Assembly (NCBI RefSeq): GCF_009914755.1
Contig: NC_060928.1
DNA: 64,000 nucleotides
Direction: 5' to 3' (one strand)
DNA from: the human T2T-CHM13v2.0 reference genome, Homo sapiens
Made by a program: the position numbers and the translations under genes. The notes under the pieces are model-generated. The model was not told where the DNA came from and did no database searches. It saw nothing but the letters and a program-made list of their open reading frames with translations. Of this stretch, positions 1 to 13,099 are shown in pieces (within the stretch, counting starts at the first letter, position 1; each line of letters starts with the position of its first letter).

Positions 1-294
1 CTATTGGAGGATTATTTTTCCTAGTGATGAGTAAATATTGTTACATAACATAATTAAAATCATCATTTGATTTATATGATTGCTGCATTCCCCAAAATAC
101 ACTGTTTATTAAACACATATATAAATGTTTCAAATATATGTATATTTGTGTATATATGTAGTCATATAAATATATGAATTGGCTTCTAAGTACAGATAAA
201 GGGAATTTCTTCTAGATTAATGTGTGATGGCATATTTAAAAAGTTGTTTAGAAAAAAAAATTTGTTTTTCAGGAATATCTCAAGAAGTTAAGGG

Positions 295-690
295 AATTCG
301 GATTCTGGCCAAGATATAGTAATACGGACCAGATTTAACCTTCTAAAGTAACTTTAAAAATGGTGAAAACCTATTCTAAAATAATATTCCTATATTGCAT
401 ATCAAGCATCTCAAAATCGTCATTCCTAAGGAGGAGAAATAAATAAGGTACACCTTATAGAATTCCCAACTTACTGCCTAGAGAAAGCATTCAGGCTCCA
501 AAGAGAAAGGGAAACCATGGTGGCCTCCCTGGGTTGAGATGCTGTTGTTAATCTGGGGCTGGCAAGAGTTTTAAAATTTTCAGGGCAGAGTGCTAAAGAA
601 CAGAGAGCTGCAGAGAGAGAAAGCAATAAAGACCTTCAGAAAGTGTTCCTGGAGTACTCAACCATAAATCAGAGCATGCACGTAACAAAA
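295..690 (+). mobile_element. Old L1 (L1M-type) 5' region fragment
   Basis: Begins ttctggccaagatatagtaatacggaccagatttaacc, resembling L1M 5' termini; highly diverged, boundaries approximate. Confidence 0.4.
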
Positions 691-1447
691 CAAAGGCTAA
701 AGATTGAAGAAGGAACATTTTATGACTCATCCTAGGGTTTAGAAATGCTTTCTTTTTTTTTTCTAGACAAAATGTTAACATCTTTAATCATAAATGAACT
801 CTTCAGAAATCAGTACAAAGAGACTAACATTACAAGGGAAGTGAAAATAAAAGGAACAGAGGAAAATGGAATAGCACAAATGAGTTATAAGGCTATACGA
901 AGATGATGTAGTTAACATTAATAGCTGAGAAAGCAATTTCATTATAAATTATATTATCGATCCTTACAAATATTGATTATCTGATGTTTGTACAGCTTTA
1001 GGAAATAAAGAATTCTCAAATACTGTGGAAACTTATTAGAGTCATGGGGAGTTTACTCAATAATGTAGATTTTTGCATAAACTTGGCCCCAGCAGTTCCA
1101 AACCACAGGAATCACCCCAACAAAGTAATTAGATACACACCCACACACATACACATACATGTTTACTACATAGAAAATGTATAAGTAATATATCATCCCC
1201 CCAAAACTACTTATGTATCAACTGGTTTATAAAAAATTGGCTGTGGGGTAGAAGTAGAGAAAAGGCACTTAAGTAAAAATACTACATTTCACAAAATTCT
1301 ATGTCCTTTGAATTCTTATGAAACATTTTTAATGAATCAATTTTATATTTACCCTGTGATTAGTGAAAATTATAAATATATGCACTTCATACTTATGAAA
1401 GCACTGAGATGAAGCCCTTTAAGAGAAATGCTTTCATTTCAAAACCA

Positions 1448-1545
1448 AATTTGATCATTACACATTGTATGCTTGTATTGAAATATTACTTGTACCTCAT
1501 AAATATGTACAACTATTTACATTGATAAAAAGTTTAAAATTTATA
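1448..1545 (+). mobile_element. L1MA-type 3' end fragment
   Basis: ttgatcattacacattgtatgcttgtattgaaatattacttgtacctcataaatatgtacaac followed by A-rich sequence resembles L1MA 3' UTR. Confidence 0.6.
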
Positions 1546-2410
1546 ATATAAGATTGAAGTTTTCTTCAAAATCTCTCATGAGCATACTTGGAAAAATTAT
1601 GTCAATATTCTAGCAAATCAAATTGTGTGTGTGCGTGTTTATGGGAAACAACATGAATACGGGGGGTTAGCTAAGGAATACATTTGCTTTAGAATTCTGA
1701 AATTAAAAAATATGATTCACCATATTAGCAAACTATACAAGATAACATTTGTGAGCGTTATAGTAGATGCAGAAAAGCATCTGATAAAAGTCAGCATTCA
1801 TTCCTGATAAAATTCATATCAAACTATGGAAGATACCTTTGTCAACCTGGTAGAGGACATCTACTGATACAAAGTAACTGCAGCTAATATAACTTCATGA
1901 TGGAAAACTAGATATTTTTCCACCCGTGTAAATATATCAATTGTTTCAACTTTTCTTCAACATTGTAATTGAGGGTTTTCCCAGTGCAGTTAGTCAAGAA
2001 AAAGAAATGAATATAATCGGGATTATAAATGAACATATTTACATCTAGGTTGTAAATGAATTATCTTTAATCACAGATGAATCATTGATTCAGAAAGTCC
2101 TCTGGGGTGGGCAGGATATTTAGAAAACAATCTTTAAAGTGGCATTAATGTATGAAATACTTAAGAGATAAAATTTAAATTTTTTCTCAAAATCTTTATA
2201 TTGAAAGGGATAAAACATCACTGAGAGACATTGAAAAGAAACTACACTATGGAGAGATATACAATGATCATGGATCAGCTAACTCAACATTGCTTAGACG
2301 TCAGTTCTTACAAAACTGATATCTAGAATCAACACAACCCAGTAAAAATGCAATGAAGTATTTTTGTAGAAATCAATGAGCTGATTTTAATATTATATGT
2401 AAATTCAAAG

Positions 2411-3749
2411 TGTGTCCAGAATTGGTGGGTTCTTGGTCTCACTGACTTCAAGAATGAAGCTGCAGACCCTTGTGGTGAGTGTTACAGCTCTTAAAGATGG
2501 TGTGTCTGGAGTTTCTTCCTTCTGATGTTCAGACGTGTTGCTGACTGCAGGAGTGAAGCTGCAGACCTTCCAGGTGACTATTACAGCTCTTAAAGGAAGT
2601 GCGTCCAGAGTTGCTCGTTCCTCCTGGTGGGTTCGTTGTTCAGGAGTGAAGCTGCAGACCTTCGAGTTTAGTGTTACAGCTCATGAAGGCAGTGTGGACC
2701 CAAAGAGAGACCAGCAGGAAAATTTATTGTGAAGAGTAAAAGAAAAAAGCTTCACAGCATGCAAGGAGACCCAAGTGGGTTGGAACTGTAGGTGCTGGTT
2801 GCCAGCTTTTATTCCCTTATCTGGCTCCACCCACATCCTGCTGATTGGTCCATTTTACAGAGAGCTGATTGGTCCATTTTACAGAGAGCTGATCGTTTTG
2901 ACAGAGTGCTGATTGGTGCGTTTACAAACCTTTAGCTAGACACAGAGTGCTGATAGGTATGTTTACAATCCTTTAGCTGGACACAAAAGTTCTCCAAGTC
3001 CCCACTGGATTAGCTAGACACAGAGCACTGATTGGTGTGTTTATAAACCTTGAGCTAGACACAGAGTGCTGATTGGTGCATCCACAAACCCGGAGCTAGA
3101 CACAGAGTGCTGGAGGTGCATATACAATCCTCCAGCTAGACATAAAAGTTCTCCAAGTCCCCACCCAACTCTGGAGCCCTGCTGGCTTCACCTAGGGCGT
3201 CCCGCGCTGGGGCCCTAGGTGGAGCTGTCCGCCAGTGCTGCGCCGGGCCTCCGCACTCCTCAGGCCTTGGGCAGTGATGGGACCGGGCGCCGCAGAGCAG
3301 GGAGCGGTGCCCCTCGGAGAGGCTGGGGCCCGCACCGGTGGGGAGGGGCTAGGGCATGGCGAGCTGCAGGTCCCGAGCCCTGGCCCTCAGGGAGGCCGCT
3401 GAGGCCCAGCGAGAATTCAAGCAGGGCGCGGGCGGGCGGGCAGTGCTGTGGAACCCAGTGCACCCTCCGCGGCTGCTGGCCCCGGTGCTAAGCCCCTCAC
3501 TGTCCGTCGCCGGCCTCTCCAAGTGCAGGGCCTGCGAAGACCCGCGCGTAGCCCCGGTTCCCGCCCGCGCCTCTGCCTCCACACTTCCCCATGAGCCGAG
3601 GGAGCCGGCTCCGGCCTCGGCCAGTCACATAGAGAGGCCCCCACAGCGCAGCGCCGGGCTGAAGGGCTCCTCAAGCGCGCCAAAGTGGACGCCCAGGCCG
3701 AGGAGGTGCCGAGAGCGAGTGACGGCTGCTAGCATGTTGTCACCTCTCA
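2411..3749 (-). mobile_element. LTR12-family (ERV9) solo LTR, LTR12C/D-like
   Basis: Minus strand begins tgagaggtgacaacatgctagcag and ends accaattctggacaca. GC/CpG-rich 5' U3, CCAAT-containing tandem repeats, U5 repeats (gtgaagctgcagacc x3). 4-bp TSD aaag/taag. Confidence 0.95.
2800..3140 (-). promoter_or_regulatory. LTR12 U3 enhancer/promoter: tandem CCAAT (NF-Y) repeats, GATA site and AATAAA TATA-like box
   Basis: Repeated ctgattggt units (CCAAT on minus) and agctagacacagagtgctga repeats. Minus strand reads ggtggagccagataagggaataaaagc at ~2805-2831, as in the ERV-9 promoter. Confidence 0.75.
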
Positions 3750-5154
3750 TAAGGATCATGAATAGCCATAAATCTTCGAAACCTAAGAACCAAATTGGAA
3801 GCCAGGTACTACTAATTTTTAAAATGTATTGTAAAGCTACGGTAATCAAGATAGTGTGAGATAAATGCAAAGGTAGACTAACAGCTTGATAGAGCAGAAC
3901 AGTCTCTACACGTTTGGTTAATTTGATGAGAAGAAAAGTATCAGTTCAAAGGGGAAACAAAATAATATTTTCACCAAATATGCTGAAAAAGTTGGGACTC
4001 CTTTTGCAAAAGAGAGAGAGAAAGAAAAGAAAAAAAAAACCCAAAGTGTTCCCTACTACCCTCTTCACTACCACCTTCAAAATTTAGGTGATCTTCATGT
4101 GGACTTCAAATAAATGAAAACAAGGCTCTGAGGTTCATCATCTATCCTCTTCACAATCGTTATTGTACCACCAAATATGCTCCTTTCACATTTATTTATT
4201 TTGATTCCCAAAAGATGACTATCTTTTTGATGTTCCGCTGTGTCATTCCTAATTCCCCTTGGAGAAAGTCAATGGCACTGTTTGGAAAGAAAACCTGGCA
4301 ATTGTTAAAGATACTTTGTAGTTACACATGAATGGTTGTGTTTGCTTTCATTTAATGAGAAATAAAACAGACTTGCTTTCAATATTTGGGGGGTAATTGT
4401 GAGGAAATGGGGAAAATGGAAGCCATTGGTTGACATCCTTCAGGGCTTCCCTTCCCACTCTAGTTCCATCTTATACTTGTGTGTGCACAACTCCGTGCAC
4501 ATGTTCAAACTCTGTCCTCATCCCACACAAACATCTGATCCTTAGACATGACTTGGATCTAAGGAAATGCATGCGTGAAGTAGAGTTAGCCTTTGTGAGA
4601 ACAGACAAGGAATTATTCAGCAAAATTCATGAGAGTGGGCTCTGGGTCAACAGTCCCAGGTATCTGGAGTGTGATCTGGTAGATTTGGGTAGATACATTT
4701 CTATGGTCCAGTGCATTTCAGGAGCCCACTGCTGTAATGCGCCTAGGGCAGGGGCCCTGGTTGTCTGAGATTAACATGCGCTTCTGATCACTTCACCAGA
4801 GTGGGGGTGTTTGGAGGCTAAAGCACTAGCCAGAAATAGAATATAGCCTTGTGGAAGGCCATATGTGTGAGACGCGATGTTCAAAATAGCGTAGTGAGAA
4901 GGAAATACTATTGTGACAGGCATTTCTTTCTTTTCAGATTATACCACAGTTATGAAACATCATAATTGCTATTGTGCCTCATTTATTTTAGTTAATGTCT
5001 TAACACTTTAAGCTCCTGAAGTATAAGGAACATGTCTTAGCTGGGCTTTGTATTTCTTTTCCTACCTTATAATTTTTAAATATTCCTGAATGCTGTCTAG
5101 CACAACAGTGTAGAAATTATATCTATAATTTATATATGTGTGTGCTTGTCAAGG

Positions 5155-5592
5155 TGTTATGGGTTGAATTTTTCCCTCCTCACTGCAAATTGGTTTGTTG
5201 AAGTCCTAATCCTCAGTACTTTAAAATGTGACCTTATTTGTATATAGTTTTATGTAGGGGTTTTACAGAGGTAACTGAATTAAAATGAGGTAATTAGGGT
5301 GGGTCATAATCTACTATGGCTAGTGTCCTTATAAAGAGAGGAAATTTGGGGGACACTGAGGTATACATACAGGGAGAATGTCTTAGGACATAAAGAAGGC
5401 CATCAACAAGAATAGGACAGAGGCCAGGAACAGATTCATGCCTCACAGCCCTCAGAAGGAACCAACCCTGCCTACCCCTTGTTCTCATACTGCTAGCCCC
5501 ACAATTGTGTTCTGTCATCCTTAAATTCTATTTTTATTTTTTCAGCTACCCACTTGTGCACTTTATTATGACAGCCCTAGCAAAGTAATATA
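5155..5592 (+). mobile_element. MLT1B/MLT1C-like MaLR solo LTR
   Basis: tgttatgggttgaatt...gttgaagtcctaatcctcagtac...aaaatgaggtaattagggtggg...ctcagaaggaaccaaccctgcc...acagccctagcaaagtaatata. Confidence 0.85.
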
Positions 5593-6384
5593 ACTTGTAT
5601 GTTTTACTTAACTGTGATATGAAACTGACTTTTTTACTGGAAAGTGATATTGAATTAATATAAATTATTCACTTGAAATTCAGATTATGTGATCAACCCA
5701 ATTTCTGAGAAATATGTGAAAACAAGAGAAATAAAATAAGACCTGAAATGTAAAAGTTCACAATGTGTCTTGAATATAATGTGAATACATACATAGCACT
5801 TTTAGCTGTTAGATAAGGACATTTCAGTAGGAGATAATTAAAATTTGTGGATAATTATTTCAGTGGCTGTTGTCTCAATTCTTTCAATGATGGTATATAC
5901 TTAGTACCATTCTAGATGTCTAGGAGAAAAGTTAATTAATTACTTATAATGGATGCCTTCAGGTGCTGAAATCCCTCCCAGAACCTCATTGAGAAGTGCT
6001 GATTTTAATATGCTTTATCCATTTAAGTATGATGATTTCATAGCAAAGTATTAAAAATAATAGTTTGTTAACTGTTCTTCTATTTTATAGAATTTACAGA
6101 ATTACCTGTACTGTTAGTTTATAAATTATATTTCTTTATAATCACATAATTAATGACTTTTTCATTTCCATATTTATTTCAATAGTAAATACACATATTT
6201 CTGAACAGAGGGTAAAGAAATGTTTCAACAATTCAAATTGTCATTTATTCACAAAGGTCATGCCTCATGTTTGCAATATCTTTAGGACACATATTTGGCT
6301 TCTTTGTAACTGTTTTATAAATTGATCAATTGAATTTCCTCCCAATCCTTGTCTTTTCTGAGAACTAACCTTGCTTAATAAACA

Positions 6385-6570
6385 GAAATGCACATTGAGC
6401 AAAAACCAAGTAAATGAGATTGTAATTTTTGCACTATTATGCTTTTTTCCTCTGTTGAAATGGCTGATTATGATGTACAAAAAAGTACATCAAGCAAAAA
6501 CCAAGTAGATGAGATTGTAATTTTTGTACTATTATGCTTTTTTTCCTGAGATGAAATGGTTGATTATGGT
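6385..6570. repeat. Local tandem duplication, ~95-bp period x2
   Basis: agcaaaaaccaagta(a/g)atgagattgtaatttttg(c/t)actattatgcttttt at 6398 and 6493. Confidence 0.9.
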
Positions 6571-7684
6571 CTGTCCTTGTGTTCCCATTAGCATATGCTT
6601 TATATGCAGTAAAGAACAAAGATTTTTAAATCTTATTCACCTTCTTAATGCTCCAAAAGTGTACAAGCACTATATATAATATATATGTATATATAGAATA
6701 TGCAGTCAGCTACACTGCAATTGAAATATCCTTTGCATCTTTTTATTTTTAATCTTATTCTTATTCACACCTTGAAGGTTATGGCTCATTGTACCAGGTT
6801 TGTGAAGGGAATAATGATAGATATAGGGAAATTCATTCTGGCATTCTGAATAATACTGTTCAAAGCTGTCTTGCAGAACTATTTAATTATGTGAGTGTGT
6901 GTATGTGTGTGTTGTGTCTATTGAAATTGCCAGTACATTTTAACTAATTCTCCTTGTGCCTTCTTAATACAAACTAATTACAGGTATGTAAACAATTATC
7001 CAACACAGTTTTCCAATACTTTTGTAATTCATTAAAGCATCGGAGGACAAACACTATTTTGCATCGTGTAATATTGTTGGACTGATATATTTTAAAAATT
7101 GAAATTCTAATATTGAATTTTCTATGATTTCAGGAGGGTCTTTAGCTTCTGTAAGTCATTAGCATTTTCGTACATCTGCCACTAAACCACTCAGCTCCTG
7201 GGATCACTGTCCACATTGCTACAACTGTGGGGATTACTTGTCAACCTCCTCAAGGGTTTGGCATGATCTCTGAGCAAACATGCTATATTACAGCCTCCCC
7301 AAATAAATATTTTCCATATCCTTTCTCATCTCTATGTGCTATATTATGAGCTGGGGTAGAACAATTTAAAATAATTTTCTTAGTAAAATATGCACACTGG
7401 ATGTTTATCTCACTAGTTTTTGATTTGAAGACGTATTAAATTCTCAGTTAAAAATAAGTAAGAAGAATGCTATAATGGGTCTAATGATAGGTGAAAATAT
7501 GATAGCAATGGCTGAAAAAATGAATAACTTTTGTTAATACCTATAAATTACATACACAGAAACTCATTTTTGTTTTCATAGAAATTATTTCTATATGAGA
7601 TAAAATCATTTGCAATATATACAACTCCATGTTTACTTTTTTATTTTTCTTCTCAGTGTCTTTTGCTCAGTAGAAGTTGCAATT

Positions 7685-7991
7685 ATTATTATTATTATTA
7701 ATTTTTTTTTTGAGACGGAGTCTTGCACTGTCGCCCAGGTTGGAGTGCACTGACACCATCTCGGCTCAATGCAAGCTCCGCCTCCTGGGTTTATGCCATT
7801 CTCCTGCCTCAGCCTCCCGAGTAGCTAGGACTACAGGGGCCCACCACCACACTGAGGTAATTTTTGTATTTTTAGTAGAGACGGGGTTTCAGCTTGTTAG
7901 CCAGGATGGTCTCGATCTCCTGACCTCGTGATCCGAGCACCTCGGCCTCCCAAAGTGCTGGGATTATGGGCATGAGCCACCGCGCCCAGCC
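7685..7991 (-). mobile_element. AluY-like SINE with (ATT)n-decayed tail
   Basis: Full dimer, caagctccgcctcc/gttagccaggatgg diagnostics, 13-bp TSD agaagttgcaatt at 7672 and 7992. Confidence 0.95.
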
Positions 7992-8021
7992 AGAAGTTGC
8001 AATTTTTAAGTCAAATTTATA

Positions 8022-8324
8022 ATTTCTTTTTCTTTTTCGTTTTTTTTGTTGTTGTTGTTAGATGGAGTCTCGCTCTATCACCCAGGCTGGAGTACAGTGG
8101 CACAATCTTGGCTAACTGCAGCCTCCACCTCCTAGGTTCAAGCGATTCTCCTGCTTCAGCCTCCCGAGTAGCCCACCACCACGCCTGGCTAATTTTTGTA
8201 TTTTCAGTAGAGACAGTGTTTCACCATGTTGGCCAGGCTGGTCTTGAACTCCTGACGTTAGGCGATCTGCCCGCCTCTGCCTCCCAAAGTGCTGGGATTA
8301 CAGGCGTGAGCCTCCGTGCATGGT
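8022..8324 (-). mobile_element. AluS SINE with small internal deletion
   Basis: Alu dimer; gagtagc-ccaccacc lacks the usual tgggattacaggcg. Confidence 0.92.
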
Positions 8325-9070
8325 TAATGCTTTTCAGTGTCTCTGCTAAGAAATCTTTACTTCCCTCAAATATTCTTCTATGTTACCTTATGAAATCTTT
8401 ATGATTTTAGCTATTCTATTTAAGTTGACTATTCATATTAAATTAACTTAGTGCATGGTGTGACATGGGATATCAAAGTCCATTATTTCTCTTTAAAGTT
8501 ATTATCCAATTGCTATAGCTGCATTTATTAGAAGACTTTTATTTCTGCATTATGTGGAGAAATATATTTTCCTTTTTGTCAAAAATCAACTGACCGTATG
8601 TGTTTGAGTCTTGTTCTGGACCCTCTATTCTGTTGTATAGAAAGACTTGAGCAATATTTTATACATAACAGCCTAAATCTAAAATTGTTCCAAATGTCTA
8701 CTAACAGGAAAGTGAATAAACAATTATACTATTGTCAGGAAATGGACTATGAATTAGTAAAAACAGGAAAAGACTATTAGTATATGTACAACATGTATAC
8801 ATTTCAAAAGCTCTAAGTTGAATAATAATCAAGATACCCACATAACACATAAAGGATGATTCCACTGATAAAAAATAAAAAAGATAAAACTAATCTATTA
8901 TTTTGAATCGAATAGTTATTGCCTATGAGGATTGAGGATTGACAGAGAGGAGCATAACATCTATTTCTTCATTAGCATATTGGTTACATTGGTGAATATG
9001 TTTTTACAAATTGACCAAATGGTACAATTAAAATCTGTACCTTTTTTGCATGTACTTTTTATCTGAATGC
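8325..9070. mobile_element. Old L1M fragments (minus ORF2 piece then plus 3' piece)
   Basis: tttgtcaaaaatcaactgaccgtatgtgtttgagtc (minus L1) followed by cataacagcctaaatctaaaattgttccaaatgtc (plus L1ME-like 3' end). Confidence 0.55.
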
Positions 9071-9386
9071 AGAAACTCTTGATTTCTAGTTCAGAAAGGG
9101 AGTAGAAGTTAAAACTGCACATTGCTGAGACAGAAGTTCCTAGTCCAGGAACAATCAATGAAAGATTTTGCTTCTGAGGAGGGATCCTATTGCTTTATTC
9201 CTAGCAGCATGTCTGAGCCTATCTTCCTCCACGAATCCAGGATTTTGTTTTATTTGACATTTATAAAGTATTCCTTACTTCTTGTTTCCTGTAAAAAGTG
9301 TAATATGGAGTTATTCTTTAGCCAAATATATTATGATCTGTGGGAGAGCTGTTTCATATACGTATATTTAAGACAGAGATATAAAA

Positions 9387-9686
9387 TAGAGGCAGATAAC
9401 TTCTGTAAAGAGAAAGTATTTTAGTCTTTGCAGGCAATATGGTTTCTATCACAAATACTCACCACCACCACTGTGGCAAGAAAGAAGCCATAGAGAATAT
9501 TTAAATGAGAGTGACAGTTTTACTATCAAAAGTTATCTATAAATGGAGAAACTTGAATTTTATATTATTTGATTTTTTAAATATTTAAAATGTAAAAACA
9601 ATAACAAAAACATCCCAACTCTTGGACAATACAAAAACAAATAGAGGACCAGATACGTCCTGAAGGTCATAGTTTGCCTACCCCTG
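9387..9686 (+). mobile_element. MER58B-like hAT-Charlie DNA transposon
   Basis: Ends tagtttgcctacccctg; internal ttttagtctttgcaggcaatatgg...gaaagaagccatagagaat; degenerate 8-bp TSD atataaaa/atatagat. Confidence 0.8.
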
Positions 9687-9771
9687 ATATAGATTATAGC
9701 ATAAATGTTGTTACTATTGTGTTTCCATGACATTTTATAAAACAGAGCCATTTAATTTATACATTTAACTA

Positions 9772-10065
<294 letters not shown>

Positions 10066-10325
10066 TATATTCTTAGCTATATAGGTCAGTGTACAAAATT
10101 TCTTGTGCACTATATCTTCACTGTAGTTTGGCTAGTTTCAAAAATAAGATAACCACTGATTTTTTTTAAACTTTCTAAAGTTCTATTTTATCTGATATTA
10201 ATATCATGCATTTAATATTTTTCTTTCCTGAATTTTGTTTGCTCAAATTTTGAACATGAATTTTGTAAGTTACATAGTTAAATAATGCACTTTTGGAATA
10301 AAGTGTGAATCATTTTATTTGCTTT

Positions 10326-12407
10326 CTTTTTTAAAATTTTATTTTAATTTAAGGGGTACAAGTGCAGGTTTGTTACATAGGTAAACTTGTCTCATGGGAG
10401 TTTGTTATACACATTATTTCATCACCCAGGTATTATGCCTAGTACCCATTAGTTATTTTTCATGATCCTCTCCTTCCTCACACTCTCTATCCTCCAAAAG
10501 GCCCCAACATGTGTTGTTTCCTTCTATGTGTCCATGTGTTCTCACCATTTATCTCCCACTTATGAGTGAGAACGTGAGGTTATTTGGTTTTCTCTCCCTG
10601 TGTTAGTTTGCTAAGGATAATGGCCTCCATCTCCATCCACGTCACTACAAAGGATATGTTCGTGTTCTTTTTTATGGCTGCATGTATTCCATGGTATATA
10701 TGTACCGCATTCTTTATTCAGCCTATCATTGATGGGCATTTAGATTGGCTCCATGACTTTGCTTTGTTAATAGTGCTGCAATGAGCACACACATGGATGT
10801 TTCTTTATAATAGCATGATTTATAGTCCCTATAAGTTCCTTATAGGTGCTGAATACTAGACCTTAGTCAGATGGATAGTTTCCAAAAGTTTTCTTCCATT
10901 CTGTAGGCTGTCTGTTTAGTCTGTTGATAGTTTCTTTTGCTATGCAGAAGCCCTTTAGCGTAATTAGATCACATTTGTCAATTTTGAGTTTTGTTTCAAT
11001 TGCCTTTGGTGTCTTTGTCATTAAATATTTGCCTGTGCCTAGGCAAAGCCTGGTATTGCCTGGGTTCTATTACAGAGTTTTTATAGTTACTGGTTTTTCA
11101 TTTAAGTCTTTAATCTATCTTGAGTAAGTTGTTATATGTGGTGTAAAGAAATGGTCCAGTTTCAATCAGCATATGGCTAGCCAGTTATCCCAGCACCATT
11201 TATTGAATAGGGAATCCTTTCCCCATTGCTTGTTTTTGTCAGCTGTGTCAAAGATCAGATGACTGTAGGTGTGTGGCCTTATTTCGGGGCTCTCTATTCT
11301 GTTCCACTGGTCTATGTGTCTGTTTTTGTACCAGTACCATGCTGTTTTGATTACCGTATCCTTGTAGTATTGTTTGAAGTTGGGTAGCATGATGCCTCCA
11401 GCTTTGTTCGTTTTGTTTAGTATTCCCTTGGATGTTTGGGCTCTTTTTTGTTCTATTTGGGCTCTTTTTTGGTTCCATATGAATTTTAAAATAGTTTTCT
11501 CTAGTTCTGTGAAGAATGTCAATGGTAGTTTAATAGGAATTACATGAATCTATTAATTACTTTGGGCAGCATGGCCATTTTAACAATATTGATTCTTCCT
11601 ATCCATGAGCATAGAACATTTTTTCCTTTGATTGTGTTAGCTCTGATTTCTCTGAGCAGTGCTTTGTAGGTCTCTGTAGAGATATTTTGCCTCCCTTTTA
11701 TTTTATTCTATTTGTGGCAATTATGAATGGGAGTTTTTTCCTGATTTGGCTGTTGACTTGACTGTTCTTGGTGTATAGGAATGCTAGTGATTTTTACACA
11801 TTGATATTGTATCCTGAGAATTTGCTGAAGTTGTTCAGCTGCTTAAGAAGCTTTTGGGCTGAGATTGTGGAGTTTTCCAGGTATAGAATCTTTCCATCTG
11901 TAAAATGGGGTAGTTTGACTTCCTCTCTTCTTATTTGGATGCGCTTTCTTTCTTTCTCTTGCCTGATTGCCCTAGCCAGAACTTTCAATACTATGCTGAA
12001 TAGGAGTGGTGAGACAAGGCATCCTTGTCTTGTGCCAGTTTTTAAGGAGAATGCTTCTGGCTTTTACCCATTCAGTATGAGGTTGACTGTGAGTTTGTCA
12101 TATTGGCTCCTATTATTTTGAAGTATGTTACTTCAATACCTAGTTTATTCAAAGTTTTTAACATTAATGGATGTTAAATTTTATTGAAAGCCTTTTCTGC
12201 ATCTGTTGAGATAGTCATGTGACTTTTGTCTTTAGTTCTATTTATGTGATGACTCACATTTATTGATTTGCATATGTTGAACCAAGCTTACATCCCAGGG
12301 ATGAAACCTGCTTGGTCATGGTGAATAAGCTTTTTGATGTGCTTGCTGCTGGATTTGGTTATTATGCATGGATGTTCATTAAGGATATTGGCCTGAAGTT
12401 TTCTTTG
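10326..12407 (-). mobile_element. 5'-truncated older L1PA (about L1PA13-16) with internal deletion near 10830
   Basis: L1 3' UTR (gcaggtttgttacataggtaaac) and ORF2 fragments: 11166-11522 [19 protein letters not shown], 11794-11988 [11 protein letters not shown]. Frameshifted, non-coding. Confidence 0.93.
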
Positions 12408-13099
12408 CAAATACAGTTGTGAAAACCATAATATCTTTATCTTCTCTCTTGTTTTATGCTTTGAATTTGTTTTCATTCTGTTAATTCTTTTACTACATGT
12501 TGATATATGATTTCTACAGTGTTTTAATTTTCTTTAACAATATGAAAGAAGTTCATGGTCTTACTTTGTGTGTGCACTTTACTTTTCAGGTTTACATATA
12601 TAACTGGGATGTATTATTTACTATTTAAAATTATGATTTTCAAATTTCCAAAAATATATACTACTTACCTGTATAAAAATAACTGTTCTTTATGTACTTC
12701 TTGTTTTGCGTGATTTAAGATTAAAGAAACAGAGACATTTATTCCTTTTGTTTTATTCATTATCATTATAAATAATTATTTTGGGTATTAGGTTTTTCTA
12801 TAACTTTTACAACAATTGTTGTGGCTTAGATATATTTTTAAATATTATCATTGTACACTGTCAGCCCTTTTTTGTATGGCTTCTTAATTTTAATTGTTTT
12901 ATCTTGAATTATCTCCCATTTTCAGTAAATAATTTACTATAGGTAATTTTTTACTTCTTCACGTACCTCACTTCTTATATACTCAACTCCTCTTAATAGG
13001 GTTCTCTTCTTACAGTTTCTTTGATAGTTCTCCTGTCAACATAATCAATTTTCACATATTGGTACAAGTCCATTTTGGGGGGTAATTTGGTTTTATCTA

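Larger units (their letters stand above)
1590..4010 (+). mobile_element. Degenerate L1M ORF2 fragment, split by LTR12 insertion at 2411-3749
   Basis: ORF2-like text (gatgcagaaaagcatctgataaaag; gtagaaatcaatgagctgattttaa...caaag | gatcatgaatagcc...gtaaagctacggtaatcaagatagtgtg) resumes in register after the LTR. Confidence 0.75.

Noticed and set aside
2830-3130. Regular repeats resembling a CRISPR array
   Set aside because: These are the known LTR12 U3 enhancer repeats; no unique spacers, no cas genes, eukaryotic DNA
3219-3870. Cluster of overlapping ORFs on both strands
   Set aside because: They lie mostly in the GC-rich, stop-poor U3 of LTR12
4400-4880. GC-richer block with a 112-aa ORF
   Set aside because: Probably an unrecognised old LTR or TE; I cannot assign a family, and the ORF has no features
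7119-7156. Possible 17-nt micro-exon (tttcag GAGGGTCTTTAGCTTCT gtaagt)
   Set aside because: Weak polypyrimidine tract, not frame-preserving, no partner exons; such matches are expected by chance
7677-8404. Alu-derived ORFs here and at ~9.8, 15.1, 23.2, 24.9, 27.7, 34.3, 41.4-42, 49, 50.3, 51, 56.8-57.6 and 59.5 kb
   Set aside because: Typical Alu translations ([25 protein letters not shown]), not genes
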